From NCBI GenBank assembly GCA_963727485.1, contig CAVSGM010000001.1, forward strand, positions 896,001-960,000: a DNA stretch of 64,000 nt, read 5' to 3'. Under the pieces are notes generated by a model. It did not search any database, was not told where the DNA came from, and was given only the letters and a program-made list of their open reading frames with translations. Below, piece by piece: positions 1 through 16,417 of this stretch. A program made the translations under genes and the position numbers. The stretch comes from an uncultured delta proteobacterium (GTDB taxonomy: Bacteria > Myxococcota > Myxococcia > SLRQ01). How positions within the stretch are numbered: the stretch's first letter is position 1; each line of letters opens with the position of its first letter.

Positions 1-64
1 GACGGGCAGCAGCCGGCGCAGCAGAGCAACCCGGCGAGGACCGCGGCGGCGGTGGCCAGGGGCC

Positions 65-68
<4 letters not shown>
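1..68 (-). CDS. 5' end of a putative secreted protein/lipoprotein (runs off window)
   Basis: GTG at 68 overlaps the stop of the upstream gene (GTGA); reads MRPLATAAAVLAGLLCCAGCCP, signal/lipobox-like. Confidence 0.55.
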
Positions 69-2413
<2,345 letters not shown>

Positions 2414-2478
2414 CGGGGCAGTGTACCGGCTCCGGGCGCCCGCCGTCGCCCCCTGGCCGGTGGATTCCCTCTAGGGCC

Positions 2479-3771
2479 TCAAGGGAACTGGGTGAAGAAG
2501 TCCGAGAGGTCCTGGGTGCCCGAGTCGGCGGCGTGACCGAGGAGCGGGTGGACGTCGAAGATCTCCTCGATGGTCTTCAGGGTGGAGCTGTGGTCGTACT
2601 TGATGTTGTTCGAGTAGCCCGGCGCCTTGGCGTAGGGCGAGAGGATGATGAAGCCGATGGGGCAGTTGGCCCCCAGGCAGGAGAAGCTGAACTCGCTCTC
2701 GTCCCAGGTGATGATCAGCAGCCCGCCGTCCTGGTACGCCTGGGAGGCGAGGATCTTCGGCACCTCGTGGGAGAGCCAATCGTCGCCCTGCTTCACCTGG
2801 TAGTCGCCGTTGGGCACCACCGGCTTCGGGTTGCTGGTGCAGTCGTTGTGCATGTCGTCGCAGAGGTTCGGGGTGATGAAGTTGTACTGGGCGACGGTGT
2901 TGTTCTGGAGGTCGGTGGCCAGCTGCGTGTAGGGCACGTTGTGGGCCATGCAGTAGGCGTCGTGCTTGTCGAGGTTCCCGGTGCTGTCGTCGAAGAAGAG
3001 CATCGGGTCGTGCTTCGGGGCGTAGAGCCCGTGGCCGGTGAGGGGGCAGGTGGTGCCGTCGATGTCCTCCTGGTACGAGCGCCAGGTGACCCCGGCGGCG
3101 TCGAGGAGGGTCACCAGGTGGGCGGTGGTGTTCTGCACGTTCGACGAGGGGTCGTTGTCGTTGCTGATGCCGAAGTTGGTCCCCGCCTCGAGCCAGATGT
3201 AGTTGGGCTCGCTGGGGTGGACGCCCGGGGCGCTGTGGTAGTCCTCGGCGTGGACGCCGTCGGCGAGGAGGGTGTCGTTGATGTAGGGGGCGCTGCTCTT
3301 GCCCTTGATGTCGTCCCAGTTCTTGTTCTCCATCACGATCATGAACACGGTCTTGATGTGATGGCCGGCGATCCCGCCGGTGCCGCCGTCGGGAGTGCCG
3401 CCGTCGACGGTGCCGCCGCTGCCGCCGTCGGTGGTCCCGCCGTCGGTGACGCCGCCGGAGCCGCCATCGGTGGTGCCGCCGCTCCCGCCGTCGGTGACGC
3501 CGCCGGAGCCGCCGTCGGTGGTCCCGCCGCCGGAGCCGCCGTCGGTGGTGCCCCCACCGGAGCCGCCGTCGGTGGTGCCCCCGCCGGAGCCGCCGTCGGT
3601 GGTCCCGCCGCCGCTGCCGCCGTCGGAGTTGGTGCCCCCGCCCTTGCCGTTGCCGCCACCGTCGGCGCTGCCACCGCCGCCGCCTCCGCCTCCAGCCACC
3701 GGGGGCGAGCCGCAGCCGGCGACGGCGAGGACGAGACCGAGGATGAGGACGAGGCTGCGGGACCGGGTCAT
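2479..3771 (-). CDS. Phosphoesterase / acid phosphatase-phospholipase C family lipoprotein
   Basis: Start MTRSRS, lipobox AVAGC, Gly/Thr/Asp linker, motifs VFMIVMENK, HPSEPNY, YAPKHDP, FITPNLCDDMH, ITWDE, YDHSS. Confidence 0.85.
   Translation of the reverse strand: MTRSRSLVLILGLVLAVAGCGSPPVAGGGGGGGGSADGGGNGKGGGTNSDGGSGGGTTDGGSGGGTTDGGSGGGTTDGGSGGGTTDGGSGGVTDGGSGGTTDGGSGGVTDGGTTDGGSGGTVDGGTPDGGTGGIAGHHIKTVFMIVMENKNWDDIKGKSSAPYINDTLLADGVHAEDYHSAPGVHPSEPNYIWLEAGTNFGISNDNDPSSNVQNTTAHLVTLLDAAGVTWRSYQEDIDGTTCPLTGHGLYAPKHDPMLFFDDSTGNLDKHDAYCMAHNVPYTQLATDLQNNTVAQYNFITPNLCDDMHNDCTSNPKPVVPNGDYQVKQGDDWLSHEVPKILASQAYQDGGLLIITWDESEFSFSCLGANCPIGFIILSPYAKAPGYSNNIKYDHSSTLKTIEEIFDVHPLLGHAADSGTQDLSDFFTQFP
3375..3670 (-). 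repeat. Coding tandem repeat (TDGGSGGGT-like units, about 24-27 bp)
   Basis: Repeated ccgccgtcggtggt...ccggag units encoding a TDGGSGG(G/V)T linker. Confidence 0.8.
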
Positions 3772-3915
3772 GTGGGGCTCCTTTGGCCGCAGGGGCCAAG
3801 ACTCGCGCACTCTGGCAAAGGAGGCGCTGACCTGGGAAGGCGCCCCCGGGACATGTAAGCCGCTGTCGCACCCGTTCCTGGCGTCCCCGGGCGGCCCGGG
3901 CTACCACTGCCCCCC

Positions 3916-7905
<3,990 letters not shown>

Positions 7906-7979
7906 TGGTGCGCGGAAGGTACCCCCGGGGCCCGGGGTCGGCAAGGGCCGCCTCGACCGGGCCCGTCGCCGGGGCGCCT

Positions 7980-8969
7980 TCAGGACCGGTCGAGCAGCCG
8001 CATGGAGTGGGCCGGGTACCGCTCGCCGGCGACGGCGTCCGGGGGCACCAGCTGGTCGAGCTCGGCCAGGTCGATCTCCGAGAGCGTGAGGTCCTCGGCG
8101 GCGAGCGCCGCGTCGAGCTGCTCGGGGGTCTTGGCGCCGATCAGCGGCACCACGTCCTCCCGGCGCCCGGCCCAGGCGTGGGCCACCGCCACCGGCGTGG
8201 TCCCCCGGGCCCCGGCGAACTTCCGCAGGCCCTCGACCAGCTCGAGGTTGGCCTCGAGGTTCTCCTCGGCGAAGCGGGGGAAGCCGGCGCGGCCGTCGCG
8301 CTGGCGCAGATCGGCCAGCGACTGGATGCGCCCGGAGAGCAGCCCCCGGGAGAGCACCCCGTAGGCGACCACCGTGATCCCCAGCTCCTCGCACGTGGGC
8401 AGGATCTCGTCCTCAATCTCCCGGGTCACCAGGGCGTACTCGATCTGCAGGGTCGACACCGGGTAGATGGCGTGGGCGCGGCGGATCGTCGCCGCCGAGG
8501 CCTCCGAGAGCCCGAGGTGGCGCACGTGGCCCCTCTCGATCCACTTGGCGATCTCGCCGACCACGTCCTCGATGGGGACCTTGGGGTCCACCCGCGAGGG
8601 CACGAAGAAGTCGATGTAGTCGGTCCCCAGCTTGTTCAGGCTCTGGGCCAGGGCGTGGCCCACGTAGGCCGGGGACATGTCGAAGCCCCGCCAGGCGCCC
8701 GAGGGATCGCGCAGGGCCCCGGTCTTCACCGAGAGCACCACGTCCTCGCGCCGCCGCCCCTCGAGGGCCCGGGCGAGGAGCAGCTCGTTGTGGCCCATCC
8801 CGTAGAAGTCCGCCGAGTCGAGGAAGGTGATCCCGCGATCCAGGGCGTGGCGGATGGCCGCCACCGAGGCGTCGTCGTCGACCTGCCCGTAGCTCCCCGA
8901 CAGCGCCATCAGCCCGGCGCCGAAGGCGCTCACCAAAGGCCCGTCCTTGCCCAGTCGCTTCGTCTTCAT
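7980..8969 (-). CDS. Aldo/keto reductase
   Basis: MKTKRLG..., FLDSADFYG, LGTDYID, GLSE, QIEY, YGVLSRGLL, PLIGAK. Confidence 0.9.
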   Translation of the reverse strand: MKTKRLGKDGPLVSAFGAGLMALSGSYGQVDDDASVAAIRHALDRGITFLDSADFYGMGHNELLLARALEGRRREDVVLSVKTGALRDPSGAWRGFDMSPAYVGHALAQSLNKLGTDYIDFFVPSRVDPKVPIEDVVGEIAKWIERGHVRHLGLSEASAATIRRAHAIYPVSTLQIEYALVTREIEDEILPTCEELGITVVAYGVLSRGLLSGRIQSLADLRQRDGRAGFPRFAEENLEANLELVEGLRKFAGARGTTPVAVAHAWAGRREDVVPLIGAKTPEQLDAALAAEDLTLSEIDLAELDQLVPPDAVAGERYPAHSMRLLDRS

Positions 8970-9616
8970 TCGGTCTCCCGCGCCCGGCTCTGCAGCGTCT
9001 CGTAGGGGACGATGCCCCCGTCGGCCAGCACCGCCACCACCTCGGCGACGCAGCTCTCCACGTCCAGCGCCCCGGTGTCGAGGACCAGCTCCGGGGACGC
9101 CGGCGCCTCGTAGGGATCGTCGACGCCGGTGAACCCTCGGAGCTCGCCGGCGCGGGCCTTGGCATAGAGGCCCTTGGGGTCCCGGCCCTCGCAGACCGAG
9201 AGCGGCGTCGCCACGTGGATCTCGAAGAAGGGCACCCCGGCCTCGTGGTGGCGCGCCCGCACCCGGTCCCGGTCGGCGGCGTAGGGGCTGATGAAGCTCG
9301 CGAGCGCCACCTGCCCGCTCTCGGCCAGCAGCAGCGCCACCTCGCCGGCGCGCCGGATGTTCTCGGCCCGATCGGCGGCGGAGAAGGCCAGGTCGCCGCA
9401 GAGCCCGTGGCGCAGGTTGTCGCCGTCGAGTCGGAAGGCGGGCACGGCGAAGCCCACCAGGTGGGCCTCCACCGCCGCGGCCACGGTGCTCTTCCCGGAG
9501 CCCGAGAGGCCGGTGAACCAGACGGTGGCGCCCCGGTGCCCCAGGGCGGCCCAGCGCCCCTCGCGGGTGAGGTGGCCGGCGTCCCAGGTGAGGTGCCTGC
9601 TCTTGGGGTCGGACAT
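8966..9616 (-). CDS. cysC: Adenylyl-sulfate kinase
   Basis: WFTGLSGSGKST P-loop, LDGDNLRHGL, FISPY, RDPKGLY, FTGVDDPYEAP. Confidence 0.95.
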   Translation of the reverse strand: MSDPKSRHLTWDAGHLTREGRWAALGHRGATVWFTGLSGSGKSTVAAAVEAHLVGFAVPAFRLDGDNLRHGLCGDLAFSAADRAENIRRAGEVALLLAESGQVALASFISPYAADRDRVRARHHEAGVPFFEIHVATPLSVCEGRDPKGLYAKARAGELRGFTGVDDPYEAPASPELVLDTGALDVESCVAEVVAVLADGGIVPYETLQSRARETE

Positions 9617-9688
9617 GGCTGCGAAGCCTAGCGGGAAACCACGCCAAGGTCATTGACGGCGCGCCTCCGGTGACGCACCCATGCCGAC

Positions 9689-11356
9689 ATGACCTACGAA
9701 CGCCCCGAGGTGAAGGCCCCCCGGCTCTCCGGCCGCGCCCTCAAGACCGTCGCCGCCCTCGCCGAGCGCCCCCTCGCCGGCGCCCTCATCCGCCGGCAGA
9801 TGCTCGCGGGCCTGGGCTTCGACGGCTTCCGCGCCGCCGAGGTGGACGGGCCGCCGACCTTCCTCCCGAAATTTCCCGCCGGGGACGCGCCAGGCGCCGC
9901 CCCGGACCTGGACGCCCTCCTCGACCACCCGGGCGAGGGCGGGCCGTTTGCCACCACCGCCGACCTCCGCGCCGCCTACGCCGCCGGCGACACCGACCCG
10001 GTGGCCGTCGCCGAGCGTGCCTACCAGGCCATCGAGGCCTCGGATGACGGCGTGAGGCCCCTGCGCGCCTTCGTGGCCCGGGATCGGCAGCGGGCGATGG
10101 CCGAGGCCGAGGCCTCGCGGCAGCGGTGGCAGGACGGCAAGCCCCTCTCGCCCCTGGACGGGATCCCGGTGGCGGTGAAGGACGAGCTCGACGTCGAGGG
10201 CCTGCCGACCACCGTGGGCACCAGCTTCCTCGGCCACCCCCACGCGAGTGCCGACGCCACGGTGGTCGCCCGGCTGCGCGCCGCCGGGGCGGTGGTCCTG
10301 GGCAAGACCAACATGCACGAGATCGGCATCGGGGTGACCGGCGTGAACCCCCATCACGGCGCCTGCCGCAACCCCTACGACCCGGGCCACGTCACCGGTG
10401 GCTCCTCGAGCGGCTCGGCGGCGGCGGTGGCGGCGGGGCTGGTGACCATGGCCGTGGGCGCGGACGGCGGGGGCTCCATCCGCATCCCCTCGGGCCTCTG
10501 CGGCGTCGTTGGCCTCAAGGCGACCTTCAGCCGGGTCAGCGAGCACGGCGCCGCGCCGCTGTGCTGGTCGGTGGCCCACGTGGGCCCCATCGGCGCCACC
10601 GCCCGGGACGTCGCCGCCATGTACGCGGTCATCGCCGGCGCCGACGACGCCGACCCGAACACCGCCGGCCAGCCGCCCCTGACCCTCGACGGCTTCGAGG
10701 ACACGGACCTCGAGGGCGTCACCTTCGGGGTCTACCGCCCCTGGCTCGAGGACGCCGACCCCGAGGTGGTCAAGGTGGTCGACGCCGCCATCGCCGGCTT
10801 CAAGGCCCAGGGCGCGGCCATCAAGGACATCGAGCTGGCCGACCTGGTGCTCCTGCACCAGGCGCAGCTTTGCACCATCGTCTCCGAGATGCTCTCCGCC
10901 CACGCGGGCTACCGGAAGACCCACCTCCACGACTACGGCCTCGACGTGCGCCTGAACTTCGCCGTGGGCGGCGAGCTCACCAGCGAGGACTACGTGAAGG
11001 CCCAGCGCCTGCGCACCCGGGGCCTGAAGACCTTCGGCAAGGTGCTCGCGGGGGTGGACGCCATCGTCACCCCGGCCACCGCCATCCCGGCGCCGGCGAT
11101 CAACGAGGCGAGCCTCCCCGACGGCGAGTCCAACCTCTCGGACCTCGACGCCATCATGCGCTTCGCCACCGTGGGCAACCTCCTGGGCTACCCGGCGATC
11201 AGCTTCCCCGGGGGCTACACCGCGGCGGGGCTGCCGGTGGGCGTCCAGCTCATCGGCCGGCCCTGGGAGGAGCACCGGCTCCTGCGCTTCGCCCACGCCG
11301 CCGAGGCCTTCGTGGAGCGGCGCGAGCCCAAGTGGCACCGGCGCCTCCTGGGCTGA
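9689..11356 (+). CDS. Amidase-signature enzyme (fatty-acid amide hydrolase-like)
   Basis: GIPVAVKD, GKTNMHE, GGSSSGSAA, GADGGGSIRIP (Ser-cisSer-Lys triad). Confidence 0.92.
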   Translation: MTYERPEVKAPRLSGRALKTVAALAERPLAGALIRRQMLAGLGFDGFRAAEVDGPPTFLPKFPAGDAPGAAPDLDALLDHPGEGGPFATTADLRAAYAAGDTDPVAVAERAYQAIEASDDGVRPLRAFVARDRQRAMAEAEASRQRWQDGKPLSPLDGIPVAVKDELDVEGLPTTVGTSFLGHPHASADATVVARLRAAGAVVLGKTNMHEIGIGVTGVNPHHGACRNPYDPGHVTGGSSSGSAAAVAAGLVTMAVGADGGGSIRIPSGLCGVVGLKATFSRVSEHGAAPLCWSVAHVGPIGATARDVAAMYAVIAGADDADPNTAGQPPLTLDGFEDTDLEGVTFGVYRPWLEDADPEVVKVVDAAIAGFKAQGAAIKDIELADLVLLHQAQLCTIVSEMLSAHAGYRKTHLHDYGLDVRLNFAVGGELTSEDYVKAQRLRTRGLKTFGKVLAGVDAIVTPATAIPAPAINEASLPDGESNLSDLDAIMRFATVGNLLGYPAISFPGGYTAAGLPVGVQLIGRPWEEHRLLRFAHAAEAFVERREPKWHRRLLG

Positions 11357-11388
11357 CGCCGGCAGCGGGCCCCAGGCACCGACGGGAC

Positions 11389-12033
11389 CTACACCCCGTC
11401 GGCGGTGAACCCGTTCTTCGCGTGGGTGCCGTCGCAGAACGGCTTGTTCCCGGACCCGCCGCAGCGGCACAGGGCCACCTTCTGCCCGCGCCAGATCGGG
11501 CGGCCGGTGCCGGCGCAGATCTCCAGGTTGCCCAGGATCACCAGCGGCCCGTTGGCCTGGGGCCGGACCTCCAGCGGGCCGCCCCGGCTCTCCAGGGTGG
11601 CCACCTCGCCGGTGGCCGGCTCGCCGGTCGCCTCGAAGTCCACCTCGTGGTGGCTGCCATCGCAGAACGGCTTGTGCTTGGAGGCGCCGCAGCGGCAGAG
11701 GGTGGCGCGGAACGTCTCGTGCTCGCCGACGCGCAGGTCGGCGCGGATCGCCAGGGGCCCGTTCTGGAGGACCTTGAGATAGTTCACCGGCGGCCGGTGC
11801 TCCTCGTTGCCACCGTCGGGCCGGCGCACCTGGATGGCGCCGGAGGGGCAGGCCTCGGCCAGCGCCAACAGCTCGGCATAGGTCGCGGCCTCGGGGTGGA
11901 TCCACTCGCCCTCGACGTTGGGCACGAAGACGTCGGGACGGTTGAGGACGCAGTTGCGGGAGTGGATGCACCGGCTCCCGTGGAAGAGGAGGGTGGCGTG
12001 GGGGCGGGCGATGGTCTCGACGTCGTCGCTCAT
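11389..12033 (-). CDS. CDGSH iron-sulfur protein with N-terminal divergent 4Fe-4S domain
   Basis: CIHSRNC...CPSGAI, then two LCRCG.S..KPFCDG(S/T)H motifs. Confidence 0.9.
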   Translation of the reverse strand: MSDDVETIARPHATLLFHGSRCIHSRNCVLNRPDVFVPNVEGEWIHPEAATYAELLALAEACPSGAIQVRRPDGGNEEHRPPVNYLKVLQNGPLAIRADLRVGEHETFRATLCRCGASKHKPFCDGSHHEVDFEATGEPATGEVATLESRGGPLEVRPQANGPLVILGNLEICAGTGRPIWRGQKVALCRCGGSGNKPFCDGTHAKNGFTADGV

Positions 12034-12121
12034 GGTGTTTCGAGTGTACGTCAACCTCGGGGCGCGTCGGCGCAACGCTCCGTTCTCCGCGTGGCCAACC
12101 GCTGCGTGGCATCCTCCGCAC

Positions 12122-12427
12122 ATGACCCGAATCGATCAGACCGTCGACCTCTCCGATCCCTGCGAGCACGTCACCGCCGAGATGCCCCGCCAGGTGACCC
12201 GTCCGGCGCCCGGCTGCGAGGACTGCCTGAAGACCGGCGGCCGCTGGGTGCACCTGCGCGTGTGCCTCACCTGCGGCCACGTGGGCTGCTGCGACAGCTC
12301 GCCCAACCGCCACGCCACCGCCCACTTCCACGGCACCGGCCACCCCGTCATCAGCTCCGCCGAGCCCGGGGAGACCTGGGCCTGGTGCTACGTCGACGAG
12401 CGGGTGCTCACCAGCGCCCGGCGATGA
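12122..12427 (+). CDS. UBP-type zinc finger protein
   Basis: CEH...GCEDC..WVHLRVCLTCGHVGCCDSSPNRHATAH...WAWCYVD. Confidence 0.9.
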   Translation: MTRIDQTVDLSDPCEHVTAEMPRQVTRPAPGCEDCLKTGGRWVHLRVCLTCGHVGCCDSSPNRHATAHFHGTGHPVISSAEPGETWAWCYVDERVLTSARR

Positions 12428-12872
12428 CCACCCCGGGGGCGAGGCCGCCGTGGGGGGTGGCCAGCGCCGTGGGGGTGACGGTGACCGCCGGCGGGTGCCT
12501 CGTGATGCCGTAGATCGACCAGGCCAGCGATCCCAGGCAGACCGCCGAGATGAGGTACGCCCCCGGATTCTTCAGGGACGCGGACGCCTGGGGGCCGCCG
12601 TAGAACGCGGCCGCGGCCCCCAGGGTGAGCAGCGACCAGGTCGCGGTGCCGGTGATGCTCCAGACCAGCCGGGCGTGGCCGGTGTTCGCGAGCTCGACGC
12701 CGAGGATGAGGTCGGTGGCGCCCCCGAGGAGGACCACGGGGGTGGCCAGGATGACCACCATGCCCTCCCCGGCGAGCTGCAGGCCCGAGCCGCCCTGCTG
12801 GGCGAGGGCCGGCCGGGGGGCGACCGCGAACACGAGGACGAGGGCGAGGGGGAAGACGATGGCGCTGCGCAT
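12408..12872 (-). CDS. Hypothetical membrane protein
   Basis: Signal peptide, hydrophobic segments, C-terminal VTVTPT..GG..GVVIAGRW. Confidence 0.65.
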   Translation of the reverse strand: MRSAIVFPLALVLVFAVAPRPALAQQGGSGLQLAGEGMVVILATPVVLLGGATDLILGVELANTGHARLVWSITGTATWSLLTLGAAAAFYGGPQASASLKNPGAYLISAVCLGSLAWSIYGITRHPPAVTVTPTALATPHGGLAPGVVIAGRW

Positions 12873-13024
12873 GGGTGGGGCCTAAGCAAGGCCCATGCCG
12901 TGACGGCAGAGACGTGGTGCGTCAGCAATAGTGGAAGGTTGCGGGACCCATGACGGACTCAACCCGCGACCTGCATGTCATGGCTGGCCAGTCGCCGGCC
13001 ACCGCGCGGTCCGGCGGCACCGGG

Positions 13025-13545
13025 TCAGGGGCAGCTCGGCGAGTCGAGCCCGAGAAGCTGCAGCCCGCCGCGGGCCGTCGCGGCGAGCACCCAGGTGTGG
13101 TCGCCGGGCGGGAGGGGCGCCGGGCCGTTCAGGGTGACGCCACAGTCCGGGTTGCCCAGGACCTGCTGCGCGGCGCCGTTGACGGAGGCGCGGATGCTGA
13201 AGAAGCAGGCGGTGATGCCGTTCGCGATCTGGAAGGGGCTGGCGCCGTCCGGGGAGAGGGTGCCGAAGTCGAGGTGGTTCCCGTTGGCCTCCCGGAAGGT
13301 GAAGGTCACGTTGCCCAGCGGCACGGTGCCGGCGTTGCAGGCCCGGACCCGGACCTGGGTGCCCGTGCCGCCGTCCGTGGCGTGGTGCCGCCGTCCGTGG
13401 CGGTGCCGCCGTCGGCGTTGCCGCCGCCCCCGGTGCCCCCGTCCATGGTGGTGCCGGCGTCCTGGCCGGACGGGGAGCCGGGGCCGGGCCCACAGGCGGC
13501 GACGGTGACGAGGAGGATGACGGCCAGGCTGGTGTTCCGGGACAT
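13025..13545 (-). CDS. Hypothetical lipoprotein (frameshift near 13380)
   Basis: MSRNTSLAVILLVTVAAC lipobox and DGGT linker, continuing in another frame as TQVRVRACNAG...PSCP. Confidence 0.6.
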
Positions 13546-13640
13546 GCGCGGACCATACAGGCTCCCGGCGCAGGTACAACGCCCGCCTCCTTACGACCGG
13601 GGCGGGCGACCAGCGCATGCTCGAGGGCGGGCGAGGGCGC

Positions 13641-14822
13641 CTACTCGTCGTCGAGGTCGCTGGCCCGGCGGACGGCGTCCCTGCCGAAGCGCGCCCGGAG
13701 CCCGTCGAGGGTCCGGTCGAGGTCCCGGCGCCGGGCGGTCTCCCGGGCCCCGAAGAGCCCGAGCTGCGCCGGCGCCGCCCCCTCGATGAGCTCGAAGGCG
13801 GCGAGGCCCACCAGGCGCATGGGCTGCCGGAGGTCCACCTCGTCGAGGAGCGCCACCGCGGTCTCCAGGAGCGGCCCCGCCGAGTCGGTGGCCTCGGGGA
13901 GCATCCGCTGGCGGGTGAGCAGGCGGAAGGCGGCGGTCTTGAGCTTGAGGCGTACCCCCCGGGCGACGAGGTTCGAGGTCCGGAGCCGGCGCGCCACCTC
14001 GTCCGCCGACCGCCGCAGGTGGGGGGTGATGGCCGCGGCGCCGACCACGTCGCGCTCGAGGGTGTTCTCCGAGCCCACGCTCTTGGCGGCGTGCTCGGGG
14101 ATCACCTCGCGCGGGTCGTCGCCGCGGGCGAGGCGCCAGAGGTGGGGGCCGAGGCTGCCCAGCGCCTTCTGAAGGCGCGCGGGGTCCGCGGCGGCGACGT
14201 CGGCGATGGTGTGGAGGCCGAGGGCCTCGAGGCGCGGCGCGCTCTTCACGCCCACCCCCCACAGCCGGCTCACCGGCAGCGGCCCCAGGAACGCGTCGAC
14301 CGCCGACGGCGCCACCACCGTGAGCCCGTCGGGCTTGTCGTAGTCGCTGGCCACCTTGGCCACGTACTTGGTCCCGCTCACCCCCACCGACACCGTGAGC
14401 CCGGTGGCCTCGCGCACCGCCCGCTTGAGCCGGCGCCCCATCTCGTCGGGCGCGCCGAAGAGGCCCTCGGCGCCGGTCATGTCGAGGAACGCCTCGTCGA
14501 GGGAGAGCGCCTCGACCTTGGGTGAGAAGTCGTGGAACACCGCCATCACCTGGCGCGAGACCTCCTGGTACCGCTCGAAGCGCGGCCGCACCACGAGGGC
14601 GTCCGGGCACCGGCGACGGGCGAGCGCCATGGGCATGGCGCTGCCCACCCCGAAGGGCCGCGCCTCGTAGCTCGCCGTGGCCACCACCCCCCGGGGTCCG
14701 GGGTGGCCGATGAGGAGCGGCTTGCCCCGGAGCTCCGGCCGGTCGAGCTGCTCCACCGCCGCGAAGAAGGCGTCCATGTCCGCGTGGAGGACCACCCGGG
14801 GCCAGGAGGGGGCAGGGGGCAC
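13641..14822 (-). CDS. dinB: DNA polymerase IV (Y family)
   Basis: LHADMDAFFAAVEQ, ATASYEAR.FGV.SAMP, SLDEAFLD, AKVASD..KPDG, LWGVG; start uncertain. Confidence 0.93.
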   Translation of the reverse strand: MPPAPSWPRVVLHADMDAFFAAVEQLDRPELRGKPLLIGHPGPRGVVATASYEARPFGVGSAMPMALARRRCPDALVVRPRFERYQEVSRQVMAVFHDFSPKVEALSLDEAFLDMTGAEGLFGAPDEMGRRLKRAVREATGLTVSVGVSGTKYVAKVASDYDKPDGLTVVAPSAVDAFLGPLPVSRLWGVGVKSAPRLEALGLHTIADVAAADPARLQKALGSLGPHLWRLARGDDPREVIPEHAAKSVGSENTLERDVVGAAAITPHLRRSADEVARRLRTSNLVARGVRLKLKTAAFRLLTRQRMLPEATDSAGPLLETAVALLDEVDLRQPMRLVGLAAFELIEGAAPAQLGLFGARETARRRDLDRTLDGLRARFGRDAVRRASDLDDE

Positions 14823-14945
14823 GGGGGCATGGTGGCACCCGGCCGGGCCCCGGGCAACGGGCCCGGGCCGCATCCGTTGCGCCCGCGCCGCGCCCAGGGT
14901 CATGCCCCGGCTGATCCCGCGCGGCGATGGTGATAGAGCTTGGGC

Positions 14946-15332
14946 ATGTCCCCGGAAGCGGTCACCCGCGGCATTCGCGTCCTCGTCCGATCCCAGTTCG
15001 TCCCCGAGCGGTCGTCGTCCGAGGAAGGCCTCTACTTCTTCGCCTACCAGGTGACCATCCACAACGACGGGGAGGAGCCGGTGCAGCTCCTCTCGCGCCA
15101 CTGGGTGATCACCGACGGCATGGGCCGCACCGAGGAGGTCCGCGGCCCGGGCGTGGTCGGCGAGCAGCCGCGCCTCGAGCCCGGCGAGGCCTTCCAGTAC
15201 ACCAGCGCCTGCCCCCTGCCCACGCAGATCGGCGCCATGGAGGGCACCTACCAGATGCTCACCGACGAGGGCGAGCGCTTCGACTGCGCCATCCCCGTGT
15301 TCACCCTGGCCATCCCCGACGCGCTGAACTGA
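14946..15332 (+). CDS. apaG: ApaG protein
   Basis: YFFAYQVTI.N, QLLSRHWVITD, GPGVVGEQP, YTS. Confidence 0.93.
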   Translation: MSPEAVTRGIRVLVRSQFVPERSSSEEGLYFFAYQVTIHNDGEEPVQLLSRHWVITDGMGRTEEVRGPGVVGEQPRLEPGEAFQYTSACPLPTQIGAMEGTYQMLTDEGERFDCAIPVFTLAIPDALN

Positions 15333-16354
15333 TGCCTCGCCACCCCTTCGCGCCGCCGAGGGGCACCTTCGCCCACGTCGACGTCCCCTCGCGCCACCTC
15401 GAGGGGAACCTCCTCGGCGACCCGGCCACCCGCCGCGTCTACGTCTACCTGCCCCCGGGTCACGAGAACGGCGGGCCCTATCCCCTGCTGGTGGATCTCG
15501 TGGGCTTCACCGGCAGCGGCCCCAAGCACCTGGCCTGGCGGGCCTTCGACGAGTCCGTCCCCCAGAAGGTCGACCGCCTGGTCGCCGAGGGGAAGATGGG
15601 CGAGGTCGTCGTCGCCTTCCCCGACTGCTTCACCCGCCTCGGCGGCAACCAGTACGTGGACTCGCTGGCCATGGGCCACTGGGAGGGCTTCCTCCTCGAC
15701 GACATGCTCCCCGCCCTGGAGCAGGCGTTCCCCATCGCCAAGGGCCGCGACCACCGGGGCGTGTTCGGGAAGTCGAGCGGTGGCTACGGCGCCATGGCCC
15801 ACGCCATGAAGCACGGCGACGCGTGGGGCGCGGCGGCCTGCCACTCCGGGGACATGGCCTTCGAGTGGTGCTACCTCCCGGACTTCCCCGGCGTCCTCGA
15901 CGCCCTGGCGAAGCACGGCGGGATCCCGGGCTTCCTCGACCACGTGGACGAGGCCCGGAAGGTGGGTGGCGGCGACCTCCACGTGCTCATGACCCTGGCC
16001 ATGGCCGCCACCTACGACCCGGACCCCCGGGCGCCCTGCGGGGTGCGCCTCCCGGTGGACCTGACGACCTGCGAGCTCGATCCCGAGCGGTGGGCCGCCT
16101 GGCTCGCCCACGACCCGGTGCGCCTCGCCGACCGGCCCGAGGTCCAGGAGAGCCTGGGGTCGCTCGAGGGCCTCTATGTCGACTGCGGCGACCGGGACCA
16201 GTACCACCTCCACTACGGGGCGCGGCAGCTGGTGGCGAAGCTCGAGCGCGCGGGCATCGCCCACCGCTACGCGCACTTCGACGACACCCACTCCGGGGTC
16301 GACTACCGGATGGACCAGTCGCTGCCGTTCCTCTACGCGGCGCTCGCGGGCTGA
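15332..16354 (+). CDS. Enterochelin-esterase-like alpha/beta hydrolase
   Basis: TGATG overlap with apaG; VYLPPG, GGNQY, GKSSGG nucleophile elbow, DCGDRD, H near C-terminus. Confidence 0.85.
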   Translation: MPRHPFAPPRGTFAHVDVPSRHLEGNLLGDPATRRVYVYLPPGHENGGPYPLLVDLVGFTGSGPKHLAWRAFDESVPQKVDRLVAEGKMGEVVVAFPDCFTRLGGNQYVDSLAMGHWEGFLLDDMLPALEQAFPIAKGRDHRGVFGKSSGGYGAMAHAMKHGDAWGAAACHSGDMAFEWCYLPDFPGVLDALAKHGGIPGFLDHVDEARKVGGGDLHVLMTLAMAATYDPDPRAPCGVRLPVDLTTCELDPERWAAWLAHDPVRLADRPEVQESLGSLEGLYVDCGDRDQYHLHYGARQLVAKLERAGIAHRYAHFDDTHSGVDYRMDQSLPFLYAALAG

Positions 16355-16417
16355 CCCGCCGGGGTCCGGCACCGGGCGTCTGGCCCAGGCCACCGGCGCG
16401 GGCTACCCTCGGGCGCC